Shown piece after piece: positions 44,092 through 52,651 of a stretch of 63,833 bases of DNA. The stretch comes from Candidatus Kaiserbacteria bacterium (GTDB lineage Bacteria; Patescibacteriota; Minisyncoccia; Phycocordibacterales; UBA2100), in assembly GCA_021413775.1 (NCBI GenBank), contig JAIOPS010000026.1, positions 1 through 63,833 on the forward strand. The letters are read 5' to 3'. A program made the position numbers and the translations under genes. How positions within the stretch are numbered: the first letter of the stretch is position 1; each line of letters starts with the position of its first letter. Below the pieces are notes generated by a model. That model was not told the origin of the DNA and searched no databases. It worked only from the letters and a program-made list of their open reading frames with translations.

Positions 44092-44125
44092 GCGGCAGCC
44101 CCTCCCGGGCTGCCGCACTTTTTTT
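44092..44125 (+). terminator. intrinsic terminator
   Basis: 9-bp stem gcggcagcc/ggctgccgc, then acTTTTTTT. Confidence 0.8.
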
Positions 44126-44903
44126 ACCGATTCACGAGAGTGAACCCGCCGCTTGGGTCGCCTACAGGATGTGTCGCGATGTCGGTTCGGTACTGTATGA
44201 TCGGCGTCGTTAGGAGCCGTCGTTTCGTAAGCACCAGCACGCCATCTTGATGTTCGACGAGTGAATCGCCGAGCGGCGAGAAGACCGGCGCTGAGGAATA
44301 CGGCGCATCAGCAAATGCCCCCGTTTCCGGAAGTATCAGGAGCAGACGGATGCGGCGCGCAAACCTGCTATACGGCGCAAGCTGTTCGTAATTAAACGAG
44401 TCCCCTATGACCGTGATTGAGGAAATTGGTTCGGTTGAAGCTGTAAAAAACGGGAGCATTTTTTCAAGTGAACGGGAATCGGTAATGAGAGCGTCTATCC
44501 GGTACTTTGAAGCAGTGAAAACGCTCGCCTCCGCCATTTTTTCCCCTATCAGCGGAATCATGTTGTTCTCGCGGCACCACATAGATTTCTCCACCGCTTC
44601 GTATGAATTACTCAGGTAGACCATCGGTCGTCGAGCCTGCTCTCCCCACTGCTCCTTTTGTATGTCGTCGAAGCTCCACTCGGACAAAAAGACACCCTCA
44701 GGATAGCGCACAACTTTCACGAGACCGCTCTCATCCTTATATCGTCTTCGAGAAAGCGGCGTAGCAATGAATTCTGCGCGGGATACGGCCGGAATATCAG
44801 AAAAAGTTTCCGCACCGCCCCACATGTCGCGGTAAAAAGCAGAAGCATCGCTTGTGCGGACTGCGTCTACGAGATCTTGTACGGCTGATTGCGCATCGTT
44901 CAT
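44124..44903 (-). CDS. PaaK-superfamily-like protein lacking the P-loop
   Basis: ATG at 44903, 5 nt after the upstream stop. The N-terminus AFYRDMWGG...IPAVSRAEF is PaaK-like, but VRYPEG replaces TSGTTG. Confidence 0.45.
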   Translation of the reverse strand: MNDAQSAVQDLVDAVRTSDASAFYRDMWGGAETFSDIPAVSRAEFIATPLSRRRYKDESGLVKVVRYPEGVFLSEWSFDDIQKEQWGEQARRPMVYLSNSYEAVEKSMWCRENNMIPLIGEKMAEASVFTASKYRIDALITDSRSLEKMLPFFTASTEPISSITVIGDSFNYEQLAPYSRFARRIRLLLILPETGAFADAPYSSAPVFSPLGDSLVEHQDGVLVLTKRRLLTTPIIQYRTDIATHPVGDPSGGFTLVNR

Positions 44904-44907
44904 ACTC

Positions 44908-46017
44908 TTATATACGCTGGACAATCTTAGCTTCCTTCGTCTCATCCGGGAAAGGCTGTTCGACCACTACGATCTCAAGCGGCGAGAACAGGCCTTTTTT
45001 CACTAAGGTACCCAGTGTCTGAGTCGGTGTCACATACAGGCCTGTCAGAAACCGTTCATTGATTTTGCGAATTGACGCATCGCCTACTCCTCCTTTTTTA
45101 TACACTTTCATTATGAGTTTCCCCCGAGAGATGCCGCGGTCATTTTCCAGAAATGCTTCGATGCGGTAATCCTCGAACAATTCCGCGTTGGCTGTGGCAA
45201 TTCGATCAAAGAGGTCCCGCCGGAATGTTGCCCCGGCAAGGCGCACGTAGTCCCGTCCGAGACGGCCGACAATTTCAAATGTGACCGGCTTCCCGCAACG
45301 ACACGTGCCCGGCTTTATCCTGCCGATGTCGGCGAGACGATACTGACGCACCATGATTCCGAAAGCAATTGTTTTGCTCACAAGCACTTCACCCTCTCCG
45401 GTGTCATCGGGCTCGAGAACTTCTACAGTGACTCCCGAAAGCGGATGATATTGGTTTTCGGGCAAAAACTCGCACGAACGTCCGATACCGCCAATTTCCG
45501 ACGCCATGTACGCCATGCTCACTTTTGCTCTCGGGAAACTCCGGCGCAGATTCTCGTTGAGCGAAGCGGTGAGTCCCTCTCCCACGTATTCGGCAGAACG
45601 TACTCCGTCCCTGGTGCCGGCATCCATGTAGTCGGCAAGCTGCGACATGATATGCGGGTATCCGGTTATGCCGTCGGGAGCGAAATCCGACAGGAGCGGC
45701 ATGATGTCCGCAGCGTAGTCCGCCCGATCCAATGTGAGTATGCGCGCATTGAAATGGCGTGAACGAAATTTAGTGAACACGGCGTTATTGAGCGCAGTGC
45801 TCAGCGACCCCCGCGTGCTTAGCATGCGACCGGGCCCCGATGAAAAGATTCCTTGCGCCACCGGGTACTCTCTCATGGCTACGAGTACCTTGCTGCGTGA
45901 CGTGCCTGACGTCACGCCGATACCATACTGCTCGGTATCGGCCGGCGGCGTCAGAAAGAAATGCTCCAGCGTCTGCTCGGCGAGCGCGGCAAAACCATCG
46001 CGATCGATCATATGCAA
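44908..46017 (-). CDS. PaaK/F390-synthetase-like adenylate-forming enzyme (degenerate P-loop TSGTSRS)
   Basis: VTSGTSRSKV, YMASEIGG, GEVLVSKT, YRLADIGR and CRCGKPVTFEIVGRLGRDYVRLAG. Confidence 0.55.
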   Translation of the reverse strand: MHMIDRDGFAALAEQTLEHFFLTPPADTEQYGIGVTSGTSRSKVLVAMREYPVAQGIFSSGPGRMLSTRGSLSTALNNAVFTKFRSRHFNARILTLDRADYAADIMPLLSDFAPDGITGYPHIMSQLADYMDAGTRDGVRSAEYVGEGLTASLNENLRRSFPRAKVSMAYMASEIGGIGRSCEFLPENQYHPLSGVTVEVLEPDDTGEGEVLVSKTIAFGIMVRQYRLADIGRIKPGTCRCGKPVTFEIVGRLGRDYVRLAGATFRRDLFDRIATANAELFEDYRIEAFLENDRGISRGKLIMKVYKKGGVGDASIRKINERFLTGLYVTPTQTLGTLVKKGLFSPLEIVVVEQPFPDETKEAKIVQRI

Positions 46018-46047
46018 AGGGTTCTCAACTGCACGGGATGGATGTTT

Positions 46048-46281
46048 CTATTCCAGAAAGCCGCCGCACGTCACGAACAGCAGCGTGTCCGGGTTAGATG
46101 TATTCTGGACCGAAGCGGCTGTGTCCGAGTTCCCGTACCGAGCACATGCTTCACCTTGTGCAAAGGCAATTGACTGAGTCCTCTCCGAGACATACGCCGC
46201 GACAGCGCTCATGATGCCTACAAGGACCGCAAACACCGCGGCAAGCTTGGAAACAGAGGTGCGAGTGTCTTTTGCGAACAT
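46048..46281 (-). CDS. small exported/anchored peptide (77 aa, 2 Cys in mature part)
   Basis: Hydrophobic segment LAAVFAVLVGIMSAVAAYV, a possible AFA-Q cleavage site, and a C-terminus ...LLFVTCGGFLE. It is the first ORF upstream of the 46017-44124 pair. Confidence 0.4.
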   Translation of the reverse strand: MFAKDTRTSVSKLAAVFAVLVGIMSAVAAYVSERTQSIAFAQGEACARYGNSDTAASVQNTSNPDTLLFVTCGGFLE

Positions 46282-46338
46282 ACGGCAATTTTACCATACC
46301 GTTTAAGAATGCAACCATGGGCAGTGTAGAATAATTGC

Positions 46339-47982
46339 GTGACAAGACCGGATTATCGTACAGCGACATTCATCGTTATCGCCTGTTGTGCAGCAGCGGT
46401 AATGGCGGCTTTGGCGCTCTCAAACGTAAAGCACAACACTTTTTACGGCGTCAAAGATGCGTTAGCGGACAGCCATATAACCGGCGACGTATACCTTGCC
46501 GGGAGGCACTACGAGGTAAGCGGGTCTACGGTACAGGGTCCGATTGCACCCCTCTCTCCTATCCTGGAGCATGAGGCGCTCAAAGTCATGTACGCTCTCA
46601 CGCTCGCAAAGCGCACACCGGTCTTCGGTCTGGCGGGTGTCAACCCCGATTCGCTCGACGCGGCAACAGCTAAATTGGAGGCGGCGCAAAAGGACCTCAT
46701 CGGTCTGCAGAAGGACGCCGGCAACGCGAAATTAGTGAGGTCCCTCTATCCGATTGTATTTCTTCGCGCTATCTCCGCAGCCGAGCGTGCACGGCTCGAT
46801 TTTATATCATCGGCATCGGATTCAGATGCTGCCCGCTATAACGCGGCTCTCAAAAACGCGGCGCGGGAAGGCGTCATTGCGGCTGATTCTTTCAACAAAG
46901 CATTCGCTGCGGCAATCGGTTCGGCCACATTCCGAATCGGTTCGGCGTCCGGGACACTGACCGGAAAAGGCATGCTTTCTTCCATCGCCGTTATCAGCGA
47001 ACGTATGAAAGAATCATCTGCGGAAATAGACGAGCGCGAGGCATGCATGGACGGGAAGGCCCTCTGCCGGACGAACCTTTCGTTGCCCGACGCTCCGGAG
47101 ATTCCTGTTTTTCTGAACCCGGCCGCCGCAACCACACTCGCGCGGGAAGTTCTCGCGGTGTTTCAGGCTGCCATACCGCCTGCGGAAGGCGAGAATCGTG
47201 TCATAGCACTGTCATCGAGCGTATGCGTTTCGGCACTTGATGCACCGTACTTCTTCTCGCAACTCGCGCCCGTACATGCGGCGTCGGTCCCTTTCCGCTA
47301 CGTAGGCAACATTCTGTTCCTGCGTACTTCAAACGCAAATCAACCGCTCATGCAATACATGAAGAATACGCTCGGGATTACGTACAATATCTCCAACCCT
47401 TTTGTGTATTACATGTGCCCGGAAGTCGGTGACGACCTCGCCCGGCTTCTCAACGTGCAGGCGATAGCACAGTTCGCGTATATGCATCCCGATATCGCGA
47501 TAAAAAAACGTTCGGCCCTCGCGAAAGACGAAATATACGAATCGGACGCTCAGGCGTATTTGAGAGACGCTCTGGCGGAAGCACGCAGCGGCGAAACATC
47601 CCTCCCGCCGGAAGCATCTGCCGAACTGTATGCACTCGCTCTCGCGCAATACGAAAAAGGAACCGGTCTCGACATAGTCATCAAGGGAATAGCGGAAACT
47701 CTGACGAAAGACATTGAAGACTCGCGCAGAGGCGTGCCTTTCCCCTTTCTCACCGATATGAAAATATTATTCACGACACAAAGCCCGTTCCCGTCACTCT
47801 TTCTCGCCCACAACCCGTCGTTCGGCACCTCTCAAATCACGCTGCACGAATCGAACGCAGCCGAGCAGGTCGGATATTTTCGCACATTCCTGCGGTATTC
47901 CGACCTGAAATCAGAAATTCCCCGCGAGTTGTTCGTCCACGACATACGGGAACACGCAATCTTTGAAGGCGCCTCCCTCTGA
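46339..47982 (+). CDS. membrane-anchored hypothetical protein (547 aa), paralogue of 41602-42966
   Basis: GTG start 6 nt after TAGAAT, and an N-terminal TM helix TATFIVIACCAAAVMAALAL. No recognisable domain. Confidence 0.55.
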   Translation: MTRPDYRTATFIVIACCAAAVMAALALSNVKHNTFYGVKDALADSHITGDVYLAGRHYEVSGSTVQGPIAPLSPILEHEALKVMYALTLAKRTPVFGLAGVNPDSLDAATAKLEAAQKDLIGLQKDAGNAKLVRSLYPIVFLRAISAAERARLDFISSASDSDAARYNAALKNAAREGVIAADSFNKAFAAAIGSATFRIGSASGTLTGKGMLSSIAVISERMKESSAEIDEREACMDGKALCRTNLSLPDAPEIPVFLNPAAATTLAREVLAVFQAAIPPAEGENRVIALSSSVCVSALDAPYFFSQLAPVHAASVPFRYVGNILFLRTSNANQPLMQYMKNTLGITYNISNPFVYYMCPEVGDDLARLLNVQAIAQFAYMHPDIAIKKRSALAKDEIYESDAQAYLRDALAEARSGETSLPPEASAELYALALAQYEKGTGLDIVIKGIAETLTKDIEDSRRGVPFPFLTDMKILFTTQSPFPSLFLAHNPSFGTSQITLHESNAAEQVGYFRTFLRYSDLKSEIPRELFVHDIREHAIFEGASL

Positions 47983-47990
47983 CGAAGTTC

Positions 47991-49184
47991 TCATTTGGCG
48001 GCACTCCGCTGCAGTGCATCACACCGGTCTTTGAGAACGCCCGGAAGCGGCCGGCAAAACGCACCAAATTCCCTCTCATCTGTACCGAAAATATAGACTG
48101 AACGGTTCACTATGCCGGAAAGACATTCGGCAGCCAGAGATTCTGTCGGTATCGACTGACAGAACGCCATCGCACCCATAGCGTTTGTGCGGTCCTCTTC
48201 CAGTAGGATTTGTGCGACGGTCACAACGCATGACGATTGCTGGTCTTCCGGGACGTGGAGGCACGCAGAAACCGCTTTCCCCGGCTCAGCTACATATGCC
48301 CTGCCGATGGTGGAGAACTCGATGCCGTAGCAATACTTTCTCTCTGTGACGTCCGGTTCGGCAGCGCAGAGCGCCTCCACACCCGAGCCGCTCAATATTT
48401 CATCTCTGAAAAACGGCCAGCTCTCGCGGATGCAGGCACCGACATACTGTGAGTCCTCAAACGACCGGCAAAATTGTCCTACGGTCGCCTTCGTCGGTTG
48501 CACGGGCAGCTGCTGTATCATCAGGAAATCTTCCGGTTCGCGGGGACGGAATATCTGCATAAAGACTCCGTCGAAACAAAAGTGGCGGAAGTCGGAAGGA
48601 ACGGCCCGTGAACAAATCGAAAGCGCTTTCGGAATATCCGTGTTCGTAATGAAATCGAAAAGGTGACCCAGGCCGTGATAGCACCCTTCTCTGTCCAGGT
48701 CTGAAGGCGACCATTTTGCGGAGTTGCTGCACGCCAGTGAAAATTGCGGAATGAACTTCTCAATCGTCGCATCATCGAGCACTTCGCTTCTGAAGCGCCC
48801 CACGGTAACGCCGTGAACGTATCCGTTCGAGCACACACCTTCCGGCGGCGTCAGGGACAGCATGTCGACCCACTGTGCGGGATCTTCCGCAACGACGCGC
48901 TCGCCTATTTTATGTCCGAGAACATGGCAGAACTGATACGACACATCAAGCGCACGTATCTCGCGTACGACCTCGAAAATCTGTGCCACTGACATTTTCG
49001 GATACAGAGCCGGGACTTCAGCCTCGTAGCATGCGGAATGGTCAATACCGCTTCGAGCGCATGACGCCACAATCAGCCGCGCGACATTTTTTACGGAGCC
49101 CGACGCACGGAAAAACCCTACGGCGGCGGCGCTCACAGCCAGGAGACAGATAACGACAATCCCTATTTTTTTTCCGGAATACAT
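47991..49184 (-). CDS. Cys/His-rich exported paralogue P1 (subtype A)
   Basis: TM anchor IGIVVICLLAVSAAAV. Motifs YQFCHVLGHKIG, CSNGYVHG, CYHGLGHL and CFDGVFMQIF. It is the last gene of the operon. Confidence 0.7.
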   Translation of the reverse strand: MYSGKKIGIVVICLLAVSAAAVGFFRASGSVKNVARLIVASCARSGIDHSACYEAEVPALYPKMSVAQIFEVVREIRALDVSYQFCHVLGHKIGERVVAEDPAQWVDMLSLTPPEGVCSNGYVHGVTVGRFRSEVLDDATIEKFIPQFSLACSNSAKWSPSDLDREGCYHGLGHLFDFITNTDIPKALSICSRAVPSDFRHFCFDGVFMQIFRPREPEDFLMIQQLPVQPTKATVGQFCRSFEDSQYVGACIRESWPFFRDEILSGSGVEALCAAEPDVTERKYCYGIEFSTIGRAYVAEPGKAVSACLHVPEDQQSSCVVTVAQILLEEDRTNAMGAMAFCQSIPTESLAAECLSGIVNRSVYIFGTDEREFGAFCRPLPGVLKDRCDALQRSAAK

Positions 49185-49266
49185 GAATATGCAGCGAGAA
49201 TTATTGCAATCGCACTTCTCTATAGTTCTAGCACACCCGCATGACCGGCGAAGCTCACCTCACCGT

Positions 49267-49803
49267 TTATCGTTTGCGCCCTTTCCAGATGAAAAACGCG
49301 AGCGCCCCCATGAGCGCGCCGCCGAGAAAAATACCGGTGCTCGGCAAAACGCTGCCTCCCGAGCCGGAGGAAGAAATCGAAAACGGGAACGATGCGACGG
49401 CCATATCGTTACCTTCTTTGTCGCGGAAGCTTGCCTCGATTTTGTACGTACCCGCATCCAGAAAGCTATAGAGCAACGTAGTGGGTCCCAGCTGCTGCTG
49501 GCGGATGCCTGTCGCAAGCAGTGTTTTTTCGTTTCGCACGAGGCGCACCCACACGTGGTCGTACGCGGTGATATCGCTGTTCTTCTCCTCGAGCAGCTGG
49601 AAGTCAAAACGCGCGCTGAGGCCGACTTGAAACTCATTCGGGTCATACCCGATATCAATGACGTACGGCGAAGTGGTCGCGGTCCACGACAGTCCGACCA
49701 CGTGCGCCGAGGCGCGTTCGGTAACGCTCAGCAGTGCCCCGCACACTGTAAGGAGAGTGATTGCAAAATATGCGGATGTGCGGACGAGACGACGTTCTGT
49801 CAT
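49267..49803 (-). CDS. LPSTG-anchored surface protein (sortase substrate) with predicted N-terminal His after signal cleavage
   Basis: Signal peptide ...SVTERASA-HVVG. The C-terminus is LPSTG, a hydrophobic helix and KGRKR. ATG 49803 is preferred over GTG 49821. Confidence 0.7.
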   Translation of the reverse strand: MTERRLVRTSAYFAITLLTVCGALLSVTERASAHVVGLSWTATTSPYVIDIGYDPNEFQVGLSARFDFQLLEEKNSDITAYDHVWVRLVRNEKTLLATGIRQQQLGPTTLLYSFLDAGTYKIEASFRDKEGNDMAVASFPFSISSSGSGGSVLPSTGIFLGGALMGALAFFIWKGRKR

Positions 49804-49821
49804 ATGCGGAGTATATCGCAC

Positions 49822-51012
49822 TCACCGCGGCTGTGAACTTCTCCCGCACTGTGAGCGCATATCGGCCGGGAGCGCGGCACAGAATCGCTGTAACTCATCT
49901 GAATTCTGTCCGAAGATAAACGGTGCCTGCATAGTCAGCGTTTCCATACAATTCCGCGCGATGCTGCCGGGGGCACGCGCACACAGAGAAATGGCTTTAC
50001 TTGCATCATTCCTGTTCTCTTCCAAAACAGCCTGGGCTGTCGTTTTGAAACAGAGGTCCTGACGCTCTGACGGCAGTTTCCCGCACGCATCGGCCGCCTT
50101 CGCGGGGTCGCCCAGCGACATCCGCCCGATGATTGCGGTCGCGGATTGGTAACACGCTGTTTCCTCTTCCGCATTCGGCTGTCCGGAGCAGAATGATTCC
50201 ACCCCGGTACCGTCCGTCATTCCGGCATGCAGCGGCCAGCTTTCGCGGAGGCACGCTCCTTCGTACGCGGGATTCGAGCGGAATGCTGCGCAAAATTGCC
50301 GTACAGTATCCGCTGTCGGCTTTACGGGCATTTGTGCGATGAGAGCATAATCGTCCGGCTCGAGCGGCTGATAGATTTGCATAAACACTCCCTCGCGGCA
50401 TACCCGATGGAAATCATCGCTGGTGGTTTCTTCACAAAGGGCCAGGGCTTTTTTCAGGTCGGCATTTGTAATGAAGTCATAGAGGTGTCCCATGCCGTGA
50501 TAGCACATGGCCTTATCCAGATTGCTCGGATTCCACCCGTTATGCGGTTCGCACGCGCGACGGAAATCGGGCAAAAACTTTTGGAGCGTACTGTCATCGA
50601 GAACTTCCGCGCGAAAGCGCCCCCCCACTACTCCGTGAATGTACCCGTTCGAACACAGTCCGTCCGTCGGATTCATCGGTATCGCATCAACCCACCTGTT
50701 CGGGTCCTCGGCGACGACCTTCTCACCTATTTTATGCGCGAGCACATGGCAGAACTGATAGGACGGGTCTTTCTGACGGATGATACGGATGATGTCGAAA
50801 AGCTGCGGTACCGCGACGCCCGGATACAGCGCGGGCACCTCCTTTTCATAACAGGCACTCGGGTCCGTTTGCGTTTTGCACGTCGTCACGATGGCGTTCG
50901 CGCGGGCCTCCAGACTTCCGGTGCCGACGCTCCTCAGAGACCAAAAAGCGAACACCGACATGATGATTGCCAGCGCAGCCAAACCGCCTACGATGTATTT
51001 TTTGTCCGTCAT
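49822..51012 (-). CDS. Cys/His-rich exported paralogue P2 (subtype A)
   Basis: The start ATG overlaps the P3 stop (ATGA 51009-51012). Motifs YQFCHVLAHKIG, CSNGYIHG, CYHGMGHL and CREGVFMQIY. By hand count there are 18 Cys after the anchor. Confidence 0.7.
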   Translation of the reverse strand: MTDKKYIVGGLAALAIIMSVFAFWSLRSVGTGSLEARANAIVTTCKTQTDPSACYEKEVPALYPGVAVPQLFDIIRIIRQKDPSYQFCHVLAHKIGEKVVAEDPNRWVDAIPMNPTDGLCSNGYIHGVVGGRFRAEVLDDSTLQKFLPDFRRACEPHNGWNPSNLDKAMCYHGMGHLYDFITNADLKKALALCEETTSDDFHRVCREGVFMQIYQPLEPDDYALIAQMPVKPTADTVRQFCAAFRSNPAYEGACLRESWPLHAGMTDGTGVESFCSGQPNAEEETACYQSATAIIGRMSLGDPAKAADACGKLPSERQDLCFKTTAQAVLEENRNDASKAISLCARAPGSIARNCMETLTMQAPFIFGQNSDELQRFCAALPADMRSQCGRSSQPR

Positions 51013-52238
51013 GGTGCCTGTATACATGCCTCTTTGTATTGTGCGGGAAACATCCCGCATACCTGTTTTTTCTTGTCCGGTCCGTAAAAACGCGAGAGCC
51101 TCCGGGCCAGGGTATCGTAGCAGATGCTTGTGCCTTCGCGCGCATTCAGCTCCCCGAGTGCGCACATAGGCAAAATCTTCGCGTATTCATTTCCCGGGTC
51201 GCCGTGCTCCATCATCCCGTTTGTAGCGCTGACGATGCACGCCTTGAACAGCGCGTCGTCGGTCACCTTCGTACAATCTTTAAACACGTTCGGATACCCG
51301 TCGAGCGGCGCGAGCCTCTGCATCATCCCCGCGACAATGACGCCGAAGGTCATGTCCCGAATATCTGTCTCCTTGATGCCACCGACGTACTTTGAGGCCG
51401 AAAGCACGTCATCTCCGATAACCGGCTGAAGCTTCTGTCCGAACTCGTAATAACACGCCCAGTGCCATCTTTGAATGAGACCATCACAGTCCTTAAACGG
51501 GTTCTTGAAATCGAATGCGAGTCCGAAGTTCTTTTCTATCATCCAATCCGACATCACGTTGAATACGCCTTCTCTGCATTCTTCCACTTCCTGTTCGGAA
51601 ATGCCCGGAAGCGCTTCGCATTTCTTGAGAGGAGCGTTCACCATCCACGCCACGTCTCCCCACTTGTCTTTCTTGAGAGTATCCGCTACAGATTGAATGA
51701 AACCGTGCCCGCTCGCGTGATAGCAAACCCGTGCGATATCGTGCATGTTCTCCGAAAGACGTCCCCGCAGATACTCGCATGTCTCTTTCACGAAGCTCGG
51801 CTGCGGGTGGTCCTGCGTCATGTGCTCGAGAAAACCGTGAAAAAAGCCGTATCCGCAGGACGTCGTTTCCTGAGGAAAATCCATCTGCGGAAGACTCAGA
51901 CCGTGGGTGACGAAAAATTCATAGTACGCCGTGTCACCAAGGCGATGCGCGTTCACATGGCAGCCCCATGAACCGAAGAGCGGATACGCGTCGTACAGGT
52001 AATCAAAGGCGCGGTACGCAGCGGATACGTCGCCGTTCCTGATGTACTTGAGCGCGATTTGTACGAAACAATTATCCTTATCATCATCGGTGCCGCCCTT
52101 CGATGCGCAGGCGCGGGCTTCAATGCGATTCGTGACACTCTCCACGATACGCGGTCCGCGGATGACGGCTGCAACGGCGAGCACCGCACCGAGCAACGCA
52201 ATCACGAGCACGATATTTCTATGCTTACTGAACCACAT
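51009..52238 (-). CDS. Cys/His-rich exported paralogue P3 (subtype C)
   Basis: TM anchor IVLVIALLGAVLAVAAV. Motifs GCHVNAHRLG, SCGYGFFHGF, VCYHASGHGF and CREGVFNVM. It overlaps the cupredoxin-like gene by 14 nt. Confidence 0.7.
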   Translation of the reverse strand: MWFSKHRNIVLVIALLGAVLAVAAVIRGPRIVESVTNRIEARACASKGGTDDDKDNCFVQIALKYIRNGDVSAAYRAFDYLYDAYPLFGSWGCHVNAHRLGDTAYYEFFVTHGLSLPQMDFPQETTSCGYGFFHGFLEHMTQDHPQPSFVKETCEYLRGRLSENMHDIARVCYHASGHGFIQSVADTLKKDKWGDVAWMVNAPLKKCEALPGISEQEVEECREGVFNVMSDWMIEKNFGLAFDFKNPFKDCDGLIQRWHWACYYEFGQKLQPVIGDDVLSASKYVGGIKETDIRDMTFGVIVAGMMQRLAPLDGYPNVFKDCTKVTDDALFKACIVSATNGMMEHGDPGNEYAKILPMCALGELNAREGTSICYDTLARRLSRFYGPDKKKQVCGMFPAQYKEACIQAP

Positions 52239-52623
52239 GAATAGTGCCCGTATAGTAAGAACGGATATGGTCGTGATACCCCCACCGTCCGATTTTGTCG
52301 AAACGGAATTGCCAGGTGGCATCGGCCGCCACCGGCGCAAGCGGGTCGAACGCGGGATACAACGTGTGATTGGGATGCGGGTCGGACGCCGGCCAGAAAG
52401 GTCTGCCGTTTGTCGTGGAAAAGGTCACTGTGCCGCCCACCCGGATGGTTACATTATTCGGTTCAAACCCTTTGTCCGTCAGCACAACGGTCGCGTGCTC
52501 CTTCACTTCCGTCACCTGCTGTGAAGGCCGGAATACGCCTGTACGCGAAACCAAGAGGACCGTGACTGCTACGACGGCGACTACAAGCATCGCAGGACGG
52601 GAAAATCTCATACGGGCCATCAT
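52225..52623 (-). CDS. membrane-anchored cupredoxin-like protein without the type-1 Cu cysteine
   Basis: TM anchor. VVLTDKGFEPNNVTIRVGGTVTFSTTN fits the cupredoxin beta-sandwich pattern. Conserved WPASDPHPNHTLYP and WGYHDHIRSYYTGTIHVV are present, and the mature part has no Cys. Confidence 0.55.
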   Translation of the reverse strand: MMARMRFSRPAMLVVAVVAVTVLLVSRTGVFRPSQQVTEVKEHATVVLTDKGFEPNNVTIRVGGTVTFSTTNGRPFWPASDPHPNHTLYPAFDPLAPVAADATWQFRFDKIGRWGYHDHIRSYYTGTIHVVQ

Positions 52624-52651
52624 AGCACCCGAGGTCGGCTAGAAAAAAATG

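Noticed and set aside
52225-52623. Annotating the cupredoxin-like proteins as blue-copper (plastocyanin/azurin) electron carriers.
   Set aside because: The canonical Cys ligand is absent (HDH at that position), so only a cupredoxin-like fold can be claimed.
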